The notes: a model not told the origin generated them from the sequence alone. DNA of 37,582 bases from Patescibacteria group bacterium (GCA_023474975.1 JAMCXE010000037.1:1-37582), one strand, 5' to 3'; counted from the first letter of the stretch, positions 26,757 through 36,509 are shown. A program made the numbers and translations.

Positions 26757-28199
26757 ATGATCAGGATATACGATTCCCTTTCGGGAGAAAAAAAAGACCT
26801 TCCAATAAGCCGTCCGTTAAAACTATTCGTTTGCGGACCGACGGTCTATGATTATCCGCACCTAGGCCATGCCAAAACCTATGTTTCTTTTGATACGCTC
26901 GTTCGCTATCTAAAGTCTCAAAATATAGACGTTTATTATCTCCAAAATATTACGGATGTTGATGATAAGATAATCAATTATGCCAAGGAGCAAAAAATAT
27001 CTCCGATCCAACTGGCTAAAAAATTCGAGAAAGAATACCACCGAGCCGAAAAAGATCTCCATATCAAAGGAATAAAATACGCCAGAGCCACCCAGCATAT
27101 CCCTCAAATAATAAAACAAATAAACACCCTCATTGAAAAAGGCAATGCCTACAAAATAGATGGCGATGGATACTACTTCGATATTTCCAGCTTCCCCGAT
27201 TACGGTAAATTATCCAAAAGAACCGCTCTTCAGGCAGAAGATGCTACTTCCAGGATCGATGAAAATATTAAAAAAAGAAACAAGGGTGATTTTGCCTTAT
27301 GGAAATTAGCAAACAACAAAAACATCCCCGAGCCAAAATTATCTTCATCTAAAACAAAAAAGATAGCCTTTAAAATAGTGGACGGGGAACCGGTTTGGTA
27401 TACCCCATTCGGCTGGGGACGTCCAGGATGGCACATTGAAGATACCGCAATTACCGAACACTATTTCGGTCCACAGTACGATATTCATGGCGGCGGCGTT
27501 GATTTAAAATTTCCACATCACGAAGCCGAAATAGCCCAGCAGGAATCAGCTTCAGGCAAGAAACCACTCGTTAAAATATGGATGCATACCGGATTTCTTT
27601 TGGTTAACGGCAAAAAAATGTCCAAATCGCTGAAAAATTTCGTGACTATAAACGACTTTATGAAAAAATACTCTCCAGAAACTCTGCGCCTTATGATAAA
27701 TTTCAATCACTACCGCTCACCATTTAATTACACAGAAGAGTCAGCCGAGCAGGCAAATAATGCCCTGAAAAGATTGCAAAAAATAATCGCCGCCCTTTCA
27801 CTTGCCAAATCAAAAGGTAATATCAGTGCAGAAATAAAAACCGCCATGGAAAAAGCGGAGAATAATTTCGAAGAAGCAATGAATGACGATTTTAACGCCC
27901 CAAAAGCCATAGCTTCCATTTTTGAGCTGATAAATTCAGTTGAAAATAAGATCTGGAAAATAAGCAAAAAAGAAGCTGCTACTATAAAAAAATTCATAAG
28001 CGAAAAAATGAAAATATTCCTCGGAATCGTACCAATGCCCGCAAAAATGCCCCAAAATATAGTAAAAATGGCCGAGGAACGCGAGTTATACAGAAAAAAT
28101 AAACAGTTTATTCAATCCGACCTATTGAGAAAAAAAATAGAAGAGTTAGGATATATTATAGAAGACACGCCAAACGGGCCGCTGATCACAAAAAAATAA
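26757..28199 (+). CDS. cysS: Cysteine--tRNA ligase
   Basis: CGPTVYD, HLGH, NITDVDDKI, GRPGWHIE, DIHGGG.DL.FPHHE, KMSKS. Confidence 0.97.
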   Translation: MIRIYDSLSGEKKDLPISRPLKLFVCGPTVYDYPHLGHAKTYVSFDTLVRYLKSQNIDVYYLQNITDVDDKIINYAKEQKISPIQLAKKFEKEYHRAEKDLHIKGIKYARATQHIPQIIKQINTLIEKGNAYKIDGDGYYFDISSFPDYGKLSKRTALQAEDATSRIDENIKKRNKGDFALWKLANNKNIPEPKLSSSKTKKIAFKIVDGEPVWYTPFGWGRPGWHIEDTAITEHYFGPQYDIHGGGVDLKFPHHEAEIAQQESASGKKPLVKIWMHTGFLLVNGKKMSKSLKNFVTINDFMKKYSPETLRLMINFNHYRSPFNYTEESAEQANNALKRLQKIIAALSLAKSKGNISAEIKTAMEKAENNFEEAMNDDFNAPKAIASIFELINSVENKIWKISKKEAATIKKFISEKMKIFLGIVPMPAKMPQNIVKMAEERELYRKNKQFIQSDLLRKKIEELGYIIEDTPNGPLITKK

Positions 28200-28227
28200 C
28201 AGAGTCCAATCTCCGATATCAAAAAAA

Positions 28228-29574
28228 ATGCCTACAAAAAAATTAAAATTGCCGCCGCAGAACATCGAAGCGGAAGAATCTGTATTGGGAGCTTTAATGA
28301 TAGATAAGAATGCCATAATAAATGTGGCGGACATTTTAGCACCAGAAGATTTCTATAAACCCGCCCACGAAAAGATCTATGACGCTATTTTGGAACTATA
28401 TAGGAAAACCCAACCGATCGATATATTCACCGTCACCAATAAACTGAAAGATTCGGGAATATTAAAAGACTTAGGCGGCAGCGCTTATCTAACTAAATTG
28501 ATAGAATCGGTTCCCACCGCTGCGCATGTCAGCCACTATGCCCAAATAGTTAAAGAAAAAAAAGTTCTTCGTGACCTTATCCGCGCATCCGGAGATATAT
28601 CCGAAAAAGCTTTTGGAAGCGGAGAAGATCTGGGAGAAATGCTAGATGAGGTTGAAAAAAGGATATTTTCTATTTCTCAAAAATCTATTCCTCAAAAATT
28701 TACCAGCATCAGTGAGGGATTAAAAGGCGCCGCTGAAAGAATCGAAAGGCTTGGAAGTGAAGACGGCGGATTAAGGGGCATACCGACGGGATTTCAGGAT
28801 TTAGACAATATGCTTTCCGGATTCCAACGATCAGACTTGGTCATTTTAGGAGCCAGACCCTCACTGGGAAAAACTTCTCTGGCACTCGACATAGTAAGAC
28901 ACGTAGCGGTGAATGCTAAGCAGCCCGTCGGAATTTTCTCCTTGGAAATGTCTAAGGAGCAAGTCGTAGATAGACTTATATCGGCTCAAGCTGGCGTACC
29001 CCTATGGGGATTAAGGACTGGAAGATTGGAAGAAGGAGAAAAAGAGACGCTTTCCGGAGCGCTTGATACCCTATCAAGAACACCAATATTCATAGACGAT
29101 ACGCCCTCTCCAAATATTCTTCAAATGAGATCAATGGCTCGAAGACTACAAGCCGAATTTGGACTTAGTTTGCTGATTATCGACTATCTGCAACTTATTC
29201 AGCCGCGAACAAGCTCCGATAACGTTGTCCAGCAAATAACCGAAATATCAAGAGGCCTTAAGGGGCTAGCTAGAGAATTGAACGTGCCAGTCCTGGCGCT
29301 ATCCCAGCTCTCAAGAGCTGTAGATCAAAGAGAGAATAAAAGACCCCGTTTATCGGATCTCAGAGAAAGCGGTTCCATTGAACAAGACGCAGACGTGGTT
29401 ATGTTCATTTATAGAAAAGACCGCGACAAATCAAATCCCTCTCCGGAAGAAATAGGACATGCCGAAATAATAGTCGCCAAACACAGGAATGGACCAACCG
29501 GAACGATCAATTTGATGTTCGACCAAGAAAAAGCCAGTTTTGTGAGCATAGATAAATATCATTCAGAAAATTAA
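28228..29574 (+). CDS. dnaB: Replicative DNA helicase DnaB
   Basis: ARPSLGKT, FSLEMS, IIDYLQL, LSQLSR, DLRESGSIEQDAD, KHRNGP. Confidence 0.98.
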   Translation: MPTKKLKLPPQNIEAEESVLGALMIDKNAIINVADILAPEDFYKPAHEKIYDAILELYRKTQPIDIFTVTNKLKDSGILKDLGGSAYLTKLIESVPTAAHVSHYAQIVKEKKVLRDLIRASGDISEKAFGSGEDLGEMLDEVEKRIFSISQKSIPQKFTSISEGLKGAAERIERLGSEDGGLRGIPTGFQDLDNMLSGFQRSDLVILGARPSLGKTSLALDIVRHVAVNAKQPVGIFSLEMSKEQVVDRLISAQAGVPLWGLRTGRLEEGEKETLSGALDTLSRTPIFIDDTPSPNILQMRSMARRLQAEFGLSLLIIDYLQLIQPRTSSDNVVQQITEISRGLKGLARELNVPVLALSQLSRAVDQRENKRPRLSDLRESGSIEQDADVVMFIYRKDRDKSNPSPEEIGHAEIIVAKHRNGPTGTINLMFDQEKASFVSIDKYHSEN

Positions 29575-29580
29575 AATTTA

Positions 29581-30192
29581 ATGAATCTTCCCGACCCGAT
29601 CAAAAACTTCATTCACTATTTTTCGAAATTACCGTCCATCGGCCCACGTCAGGCAACCAGACTGTCTTTTTATCTGATAAATTCCGGCAAAAGCGAAATA
29701 GATGGGATAAAGAAGTCTCTCGAAGAATTGGAAAAAATGAGCGTATGCGAGAAGTGTTTTTTTGTTTTCCTTCCAAAAAATGGATCCGAAAAGATATGCG
29801 AAATATGCGCTAGCGATAAAAGGGATCACGGGTTGATTGCGGTCATAGAAAAAGAAACCGACCTGATTTCTTTGGAAAACACCAATAAATTCAACGGAGT
29901 GTACTTTATCATCGGCAACCTTCAAAAAAACGGAACATTGGGAATGGAACAAAAAACTAGGCTCTCGAAATTAAAAAATACAATTGAAACGGAATTGGAC
30001 GGAAAAGCAAATGAAATCATACTAGCCATCAACCCCACAACTTACGGCGATTTCAATGCGGCGGTGTTGGCAAAAGAACTGAAAAGTCATGCAAAAAAGA
30101 TCACTCGCCTCGGCAGAGGTATTCCAACCGGCGGTGAAATAGAATTTGCAGATGAAGAAACACTAGGTAATGCGATAGAGCGCAGAATATAG
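29581..30192 (+). CDS. recR: Recombination mediator RecR
   Basis: LPSIGPRQATRL, CEKC...CEIC zinc finger, toprim domain, GIPTGGEIEFADEETL. Confidence 0.95.
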   Translation: MNLPDPIKNFIHYFSKLPSIGPRQATRLSFYLINSGKSEIDGIKKSLEELEKMSVCEKCFFVFLPKNGSEKICEICASDKRDHGLIAVIEKETDLISLENTNKFNGVYFIIGNLQKNGTLGMEQKTRLSKLKNTIETELDGKANEIILAINPTTYGDFNAAVLAKELKSHAKKITRLGRGIPTGGEIEFADEETLGNAIERRI

Positions 30193-30243
30193 AGCAAAAA
30201 TCCCCAGGTCTGTGACCCAACGATTCGCTTGCTGGATGGCATA

Positions 30244-30287
30244 TAAAAATACCTCCTACTCTGTTTGGATGGTGGGAGGTATTTTTA
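30244..30287. terminator. Bidirectional terminator between recR and rplU
   Basis: TAAAAATACCTCCTACT / GGTGGGAGGTATTTTTA. Confidence 0.85.
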
Positions 30288-30599
30288 TTACTTAATGCCG
30301 GTAATCTCTACCTCGGTCATCTCTTGCCTATGACCTTTTTTCTTTCTGCGCCGCACCTTAGAATGATATTTGAAAACAATTTTTTTCTTATCTCTGTAAT
30401 TTTCTAATAACTTTCCGGTAACTTTAGCATCCTTCAAGTATGGATCCCCGACTTCTACCTTTTCTCCGTCAGCAACCAGAAGAATTTTATCAAAAACCAC
30501 ATCAGAACCGTTTTCTAGTCCCAATTTTTCAATATCGATCCTATCTCCAACCGCAACTTTATATTGTTTTCCGCCTGTTTCTATAACTGCAATTTTCAT
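30288..30599 (-). CDS. rplU: 50S ribosomal protein bL21
   Basis: AVIETGGKQYKV, KKGHRQ. Confidence 0.97.
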   Translation of the reverse strand: MKIAVIETGGKQYKVAVGDRIDIEKLGLENGSDVVFDKILLVADGEKVEVGDPYLKDAKVTGKLLENYRDKKKIVFKYHSKVRRRKKKGHRQEMTEVEITGIK

Positions 30600-30605
30600 A
30601 TGAAT

Positions 30606-30683
30606 ATAATACTAATTTACAAATTTATGCGAATGCTACAAATAATTTTTCGACTTTATCTATTCGTGTGGGCGCATTCGTAG
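30606..30683. repeat. Degenerate third copy of the '(T)ACGAAT/GCGAAT' element, upstream of rplU
   Basis: ATAATACTAATTTACAAATTTATGCGAATGCTACAAATA aligns with ATAATACAAATCTACGAATATATACGAATGCCGCAAATA at 22431. Confidence 0.65.
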
Positions 30684-30700
30684 TGCGCTTTTCGCGTGCT

Positions 30701-31045
30701 TTAATTTATAGAAATAATAACAAAAACCCCGATTAAAATCAATAAGGAGAAAAGAGCGCTACTAAAAGACAAAAAATAAGCCAAAAATCTTTCTTTGTAG
30801 TAAAGCTTTTTAGCTAATAAAAAATTTATAATAATAACGGCAAATGGAAATACGGTAATATTAAAAACATCGTTCTTGTCGCCTAAATAATCGATCCCTT
30901 TGTAGCTATTGAAGTGAAGTATCAGTAAATTAGTTATTTTGGATAAGCCAAACCAAGCCGATATCAGGGCAATAAAAGCCGCCGCGATTCCGACTAAAAA
31001 AGGGTACATCAAAAAATTGTCTTTTTTTAATTCGGATAATCTCAT
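30701..31045 (-). CDS. Small 3-TM membrane protein
   Basis: Three hydrophobic segments, ILHFNSYKGID loop; ATGA overlap with tgt. Confidence 0.8.
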   Translation of the reverse strand: MRLSELKKDNFLMYPFLVGIAAAFIALISAWFGLSKITNLLILHFNSYKGIDYLGDKNDVFNITVFPFAVIIINFLLAKKLYYKERFLAYFLSFSSALFSLLILIGVFVIISIN

Positions 31046-32178
31046 AATTTACCATTAAGTATATCTTTCCTTATCCCCCTCATCAAATGCTCCATAAAGT
31101 AAATATTATGAATGCTCGTTAAAATTCCGGCTAACATTTCCCCGCTCTGGAACAAATGCCGAATATAGCCGCGTGTAAAATTGGAGCAAGTATAACAGCC
31201 ACAGCCGTTTTCAATTGGTTTCTTATCTAAAACTAACTTAGCAGATCTCAAATTAATATTTCCTTTTTTGGTCAAAGCCGTTCCGTTCCTGCCCAGCCTT
31301 GTAGGGGTCACGCAATCAAATGTGTCTATTCCCCTTTTTACCGCCTCAAAAATATCCTCAACTGAACCAATCCCCAGTAAATGCTTAGGCTTATTCTCGG
31401 GTAAGCCTTCGATCGCCCAATCCAATTCGTTCTTTTTACCTTTTTTAAATTTACCGAACGCTCCACCTATGCCAAAACCGTCAAAATCCAACTTTCCTAT
31501 AAATTCAGAACTTTTTAAACGCAAGTCTTTAAATTCACCGCCCTGAACGATGCCAAAAAGCATCTGATCTTTTCTTTTATGAGCATTTAAAGACCTCTTG
31601 GCCCAACGATGAGTTCTTTCCATAGCCTCCTCTGTGTATTCATGATCGGAAAAGGGAGATGTGCATTCATCGAAAGCAAAAATAATATCCGCTCCCAGAT
31701 TTTCCTGTATCCGTATTGATTCTTCTGGACCGATAAAATGCCTTGAACCATCCAAAAACGATCTAAAATAAACGCCCTCTTCAGCAATTCTTGTAAATTT
31801 CTCAACCCCGGCATTCCTCTTCTTCCTAGCCTCGAGGTCTGGACCAACTATCTTTGAAGCTCCATGCTCCAATCCCAAGCCAAGACTAAAAACTTGAAAT
31901 CCACCACTATCAGTTATTATCGGTTTCGGCCAATTCATAAATTTATGTAATCCCCCAAACTTCTTTATTACTTGATCGCCGGGCCTAAGGAATAAGTGAT
32001 ACGTATTAGACAAAACGGCTTCTACGCCAATCTCATTGAGTTGGGCGGGAGTAATGCCTTTTACCGTAGCTTTCGTACCAACAGGAAAAAATGCGGGGGT
32101 ATGTATGGGCCCGTGCAATGTCTCGATAACTCCAGCTCGCGCCCGACTCTTCTTTGATCTTTTTAATATCTTAAACAT
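31042..32178 (-). CDS. tgt: tRNA-guanine transglycosylase
   Basis: NTYHL, TDSGGFQVFSL, AFDEC, GIVQGG, DTFDCV, CGCYTC...H zinc site. Confidence 0.96.
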   Translation of the reverse strand: MFKILKRSKKSRARAGVIETLHGPIHTPAFFPVGTKATVKGITPAQLNEIGVEAVLSNTYHLFLRPGDQVIKKFGGLHKFMNWPKPIITDSGGFQVFSLGLGLEHGASKIVGPDLEARKKRNAGVEKFTRIAEEGVYFRSFLDGSRHFIGPEESIRIQENLGADIIFAFDECTSPFSDHEYTEEAMERTHRWAKRSLNAHKRKDQMLFGIVQGGEFKDLRLKSSEFIGKLDFDGFGIGGAFGKFKKGKKNELDWAIEGLPENKPKHLLGIGSVEDIFEAVKRGIDTFDCVTPTRLGRNGTALTKKGNINLRSAKLVLDKKPIENGCGCYTCSNFTRGYIRHLFQSGEMLAGILTSIHNIYFMEHLMRGIRKDILNGKL

Positions 32179-32183
32179 AAAAG

Positions 32184-32254
32184 TAGTCCCAACGGGAGTC
32201 GAACCCGTGTTTTATCCGTGAGAGGGATATGTCCTGCCACTAGACGATGGGACC
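32184..32254 (-). tRNA. tRNA-Glu (anticodon CTC), CCA not encoded
   Basis: GGTCCCA-TC-GTCT AGTGGCA GGAC-A-TATCC CTCTCAC GGATA-AAAC-ACGGG TTCGACT CCCGT-TGGGACT-A. Confidence 0.95.
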
Positions 32255-32280
32255 GAATAATTAACTGACTAAAAGCTATT

Positions 32281-33546
32281 TTATACTACTTTTATCTCTT
32301 CCACAACTTTTTCAAGCTGCATTGCATGGGATCCCTTCACAAGGATTATGTCGCCCTTTTTAATTATCTCGCGAACCCTCATCCGCGCATCATTCGCTGA
32401 TTCAAAACTTAAGATGTTCTTCGCTTCCATTCCCTTTTTATACGCGGCATCGGCAATAAATTTAGATCTTGGCCCAACGGTTATTAAAATATCAAACACT
32501 TCGCTAGCCAATCTGCCAATTTCCTCATGAGCCGCAATAGTATATTTTCCAATCTCCAGCATATCACCAAGAACAGCCACCTTTCTTTTCCCGCTCAATG
32601 CAGATCCGCCCCTGGCAGACAGTTTTATTGAGCTGACTAATTCAATGGCGGATTTCATAGACATCGGAGACGCATTATATGCATCATCTATTACGAAAGA
32701 GCCTTTAATACCCGGGATTATCGTGGTTCTTTGAAGCGGCGGCTTATAAGATCGCAAAGCATCGGAAATTTTAACCAGATTCATTCCAAAGGCAAAACCA
32801 ACCGCGGCCGCTGCGGCAGCCGCATATGCCTGCGGCTTACCCAAACACCCGTCAATTTTTACAGGCACAAATGATCCGCTGTAATTTAATTTAAAAGAAA
32901 TTCCCTCCGGCCTTCCGTTCTCTATCCTATTTTCGAAATTAGTTATTTGTATCGAAGCATCCGGACCAAACCCATAACCCATAATATGCGCCTTGGTTCT
33001 ATTTTTCATTTCTGCGACATATTTATCGTCAAAATTCAAAACCGCAAAACCGGTATTTGGTAAAACTTCCAATATTTTAGATTTTTCACGAGCGACAGCC
33101 TCCGGACCGCTGTAAAACTCAACGTGTGCGGGTATATCACCGACTCCGGTCACTACGCCTATTTGAGGCCTCGCCACATCAAGTAAGTTTTTAATATCGC
33201 CCGGCTTGTCTGCGGCATATTCTAAAATTAAAATTTCTGGATATTGCAATCTAAACACTAAACCCATGATCGATCTAAAAATGACTTTTATCCAAAATAA
33301 TTTTCCGGAAATTTTATCATAATCTCCCAATATCGTAAGAGGTAAACCTAATTCATTATTAAAATTACCATAGTTTGCTCTAACAGATCTGGAATTATTC
33401 AAGATCGAAAATATGGCTTCCTTGGCAGAAGTTTTACCAACACTGCCGGTAATTGCAATCACTCCGGGTTGATATTTTTTTAAAGTTAAAACCGCTAATT
33501 TTCTTATTATTTTTTCTAACCTGGCACGTAATTGTTTTTTATTCAC
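32281..33546 (-). CDS. murF: UDP-MurNAc-tripeptide--D-Ala-D-Ala ligase (no N-terminal domain)
   Basis: ITGSVGKTSAKE, NFNNELGLPLT, DDAYNASP, VLGDMLEIG, LVKGS. Confidence 0.92.
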   Translation of the reverse strand: MNKKQLRARLEKIIRKLAVLTLKKYQPGVIAITGSVGKTSAKEAIFSILNNSRSVRANYGNFNNELGLPLTILGDYDKISGKLFWIKVIFRSIMGLVFRLQYPEILILEYAADKPGDIKNLLDVARPQIGVVTGVGDIPAHVEFYSGPEAVAREKSKILEVLPNTGFAVLNFDDKYVAEMKNRTKAHIMGYGFGPDASIQITNFENRIENGRPEGISFKLNYSGSFVPVKIDGCLGKPQAYAAAAAAAVGFAFGMNLVKISDALRSYKPPLQRTTIIPGIKGSFVIDDAYNASPMSMKSAIELVSSIKLSARGGSALSGKRKVAVLGDMLEIGKYTIAAHEEIGRLASEVFDILITVGPRSKFIADAAYKKGMEAKNILSFESANDARMRVREIIKKGDIILVKGSHAMQLEKVVEEIKVV

Positions 33547-33557
33547 GACGGTGTTTT

Positions 33558-35213
33558 TTATTTACTTATATAATCCGGCGGCACATTGTAATAGTTAAGC
33601 AAAAAATCGGCCAAATCTTTGAATGCGGGTACAACAGTGGCTCCGGCCAATAACCCTCCTGCAGCTTTATCTAACCTCAACAATATAACAAACTTGGGAT
33701 TATATGCCGGCGCAAATCCTATATATGTATCTATAAATTGGTTATATAAATATCCACCCTTGGTCGGAATCTGAGCCGTGCCGGTTTTTCCAGCAACATA
33801 ATATCCCGGTATGTGAGCAAGCACATTCACATCGACGGCGGAAACCATCATCTTGGCCGCTTGCATGGCCGCATCCTTGGAAACAACTTGTCTTATTAAT
33901 TGCGGCTTATCGTCGGCAAGAATTATTGGCCTCATTAGCCTTCCCCCGTTTGCAATAGCCGAAAAAGCATTGATCATGGCTATTGGAGTCACCGCTATAC
34001 CTTGACCGAATGAAGCGGTCGCAAAATCTACAGCAGCAGAACTTGTTTTAAGCTTACTTATATTGCTCGAAACCTCTCCGGGCAATTTAATGCCCGTTAC
34101 ATCATTAAAACCAAACTTTATCAGATAATTATAAAAAAGATCCCTGCCTATAAGTTGCTCTGCAAAAGCAGCGCCGGTGTTAAGAGAATTCTCAATGACT
34201 CCGGTCATAGTGGTAAGCCCGTGCGCCCCCCTTTCTGTAGCATCCCAATTACTTATTTTATATCCGTCTACTTTAATAAAACCTTTATCTATATATGTGG
34301 TATCGGGGGTGAGCTTGCCGGCATCTAAGCCCGCCGCCATAGTAAGAACCTTAAAAACCGAACCGGGCTCATAAAGACTCTGAACCACTGGATTAATAAA
34401 ATTCTGAATAGGAGAACTAGAAAAATTATTCGGATCGAAGTTCGGAGAACTTCCCATAGCAATTATCCTTCCGGTTTTAGGCTCTTGTACTATAACCGTT
34501 CCCCCCTCTCCCTTAAATTTAGAAATAAGGCTATTTAGGATCGCCTCCGCTCTTTCCTGAACCGTAGGATCGATAGTTAAAACGATATCCTTTCCGTCCT
34601 GAGCATTGACTATTTTATCGCCCTTCAATTCCCCATCTTTTCCAGATAGTATTTTATCAAAATAAGATTCTAGCCCATACTTCCCAGAAACTGCGTCGCT
34701 GTCCGAACTCCTAGATACAAATCCCAGAAGCTGTGAAGCTATATTATTAAAAGGATAGTATCTCAGATCCTCGCTGCCAATATATATACCAGAAATATCT
34801 TCGCTTCTTATAGCATCTGCCTGACTTTTTTCAGCTTTTTTTAAAATAGCATAATAAAGACTTGCTTTATTGGAAAAGGCCTTAACCAACTTCGCCTTAT
34901 CCAGATTAAGTATGCCGGAAACTTTATCCGCTGCTTGATCAATAGCGACTTCGCCACCTGCGGATATTTCTTTCGGCACCGCATAAATAACATAGTATTT
35001 TTTATTTATTGCGGCCGGAAAAAGATTTCCATCTTTGTCCATAAAATAGATATCACCCCTTACCGCCGACAAAAGTCCGGAAAGTTGATTCTGCGCAGCA
35101 GCCCGAGCAGAATAATAAGATCCTTTCGCTATCTGAAGATTATACACATTAGAAATAAGCGCCAAATATAAAAAAGCGAAAAATATTGAAATAAAAAAAA
35201 TTCGTTTTTTCAT
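33558..35213 (-). CDS. ftsI: Class B penicillin-binding protein (FtsI/PBP3-like)
   Basis: RYYP, LTID, EPGSVFK (SxxK), SLN (SxN), KTGTAQ; dcw position. Confidence 0.88.
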   Translation of the reverse strand: MKKRIFFISIFFAFLYLALISNVYNLQIAKGSYYSARAAAQNQLSGLLSAVRGDIYFMDKDGNLFPAAINKKYYVIYAVPKEISAGGEVAIDQAADKVSGILNLDKAKLVKAFSNKASLYYAILKKAEKSQADAIRSEDISGIYIGSEDLRYYPFNNIASQLLGFVSRSSDSDAVSGKYGLESYFDKILSGKDGELKGDKIVNAQDGKDIVLTIDPTVQERAEAILNSLISKFKGEGGTVIVQEPKTGRIIAMGSSPNFDPNNFSSSPIQNFINPVVQSLYEPGSVFKVLTMAAGLDAGKLTPDTTYIDKGFIKVDGYKISNWDATERGAHGLTTMTGVIENSLNTGAAFAEQLIGRDLFYNYLIKFGFNDVTGIKLPGEVSSNISKLKTSSAAVDFATASFGQGIAVTPIAMINAFSAIANGGRLMRPIILADDKPQLIRQVVSKDAAMQAAKMMVSAVDVNVLAHIPGYYVAGKTGTAQIPTKGGYLYNQFIDTYIGFAPAYNPKFVILLRLDKAAGGLLAGATVVPAFKDLADFLLNYYNVPPDYISK

Positions 35214-35290
35214 ATTTGTCGATATCTCTTATTTCCAAGCTTTTAATTTACCGCTAAAATACCCGTCGTTGTTTCTATATATCCAGGCAT

Positions 35291-35554
35291 TCAATCCTTA
35301 ACCAAATTTTCACTCTTAGCGATCGCATCCAAATTACCAAGATCGGTCACTGCATAGAGCCGACTTTTCAATTCAGCGTTATTAACTTGAAGACTTTGCA
35401 ATATTTTAGAATTGGCGGATATTGAATGCCTGAGATCTACCCCTTCATTATAAAAATATATATTCAAACAAGCCAGTGCGGCTAGTGCGAATAGCATGTA
35501 TAAAACAATTGGATTATATGAATACTTTGCTTTGTGTGGTTCTATAATTGTCAT
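35291..35554 (-). CDS. FtsL-like small bitopic coiled-coil protein (positional call)
   Basis: Single TM plus heptad region, located between rsmH and ftsI. Confidence 0.65.
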   Translation of the reverse strand: MTIIEPHKAKYSYNPIVLYMLFALAALACLNIYFYNEGVDLRHSISANSKILQSLQVNNAELKSRLYAVTDLGNLDAIAKSENLVKD

Positions 35555-35624
35555 ATAAGTGGTGGACTAGCCAATGATATTTGGATACTAGAGTTTTTAT
35601 GATTTTCTAGTTACTAGTCGCTAA

Positions 35625-36509
35625 TTATTTATTAATTTTAATTACTATTCCCCTGAGCTTAGCCGACCGACTTCTGGGATTGGCAACGGCCTCTTCCCGA
35701 GAAGCCATTATTACTTTTTTATTTAAAAGTTCCGCAATACCGGATCTTTTAAGTTCTCTGAAGTAGTTTTTTACTACTCTATCTTCTAATGAATGGAATG
35801 ATATTATGGCCGCTCTGCCGCCCTCCTTTAAAATAAATCCCAGATCACCAAGCACTGTTTTTAAATTTTCTAGTTCGCCGTTTACATATATCCTCAGGGC
35901 CTGAAACGTTCTGGTAGCTGGGTCTATCCTCCCTCTTTCATACCCATTCGGAACCGACTTCCTAACTATATCCGCAAGCCGAAAACTGGTTTCTATAGGG
36001 GCGATCTTTCTTTGCTCTACTATATTTCTAGCGATCCTGCCCGCGAACTTCTCCTCTCCCATATCCCTTATGATCCTTGCCAGTTTTTCCTCCGAATACG
36101 AATTGACAACTTCCCTGGCCGTTAAGCCACCTTCTCCATAAGACATCAAAAGTGGCTCATTCCTTCTAAAACTGAACCCCTTCCCGGAATCCTCAAGCTG
36201 ATCGGAAGAAAATCCAAGATCCATAAGTAAACCATCGGCCTTCGGCAAATTCTTTTTCTTTAAAATATCTTTCAATCCAGCGTAATTAGCATTCACGAAA
36301 ATTACATTTTCATTCTCCAAGAATCGACTATTCCGCTCAGCTGCTTTTTTATCCCAATCTATTGCCAAAAGCATTCCTTCTTTACCTATCGCTTCCAAGA
36401 TCTTTTCTGAATGCCCCCCTCTGCCGAAAGTGGCATCAATAAAGAATTCGCCCTTCTGCGGCTTTAATATCTCCATCACTTCATTTAAAAGAACTGGAAT
36501 GTGTGGCAT
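35625..36509 (-). CDS. rsmH: 16S rRNA m4C1402 methyltransferase RsmH (MraW)
   Basis: HIPVLLNE, DATFGRGGHS, DLGFSS, ATRTFQALRI, FHSLEDR, NPRSRSAKLR. Confidence 0.98.
   Translation of the reverse strand: MPHIPVLLNEVMEILKPQKGEFFIDATFGRGGHSEKILEAIGKEGMLLAIDWDKKAAERNSRFLENENVIFVNANYAGLKDILKKKNLPKADGLLMDLGFSSDQLEDSGKGFSFRRNEPLLMSYGEGGLTAREVVNSYSEEKLARIIRDMGEEKFAGRIARNIVEQRKIAPIETSFRLADIVRKSVPNGYERGRIDPATRTFQALRIYVNGELENLKTVLGDLGFILKEGGRAAIISFHSLEDRVVKNYFRELKRSGIAELLNKKVIMASREEAVANPRSRSAKLRGIVIKINK

Noticed and set aside
8615..35293. Genetic code 25 (TGA=Gly), prompted by the ftsL-like in-frame TGA
   Set aside because: TGA ends the ATPase gene right at a terminator and ends tgt in an ATGA overlap, and all conserved genes are full length under code 11.
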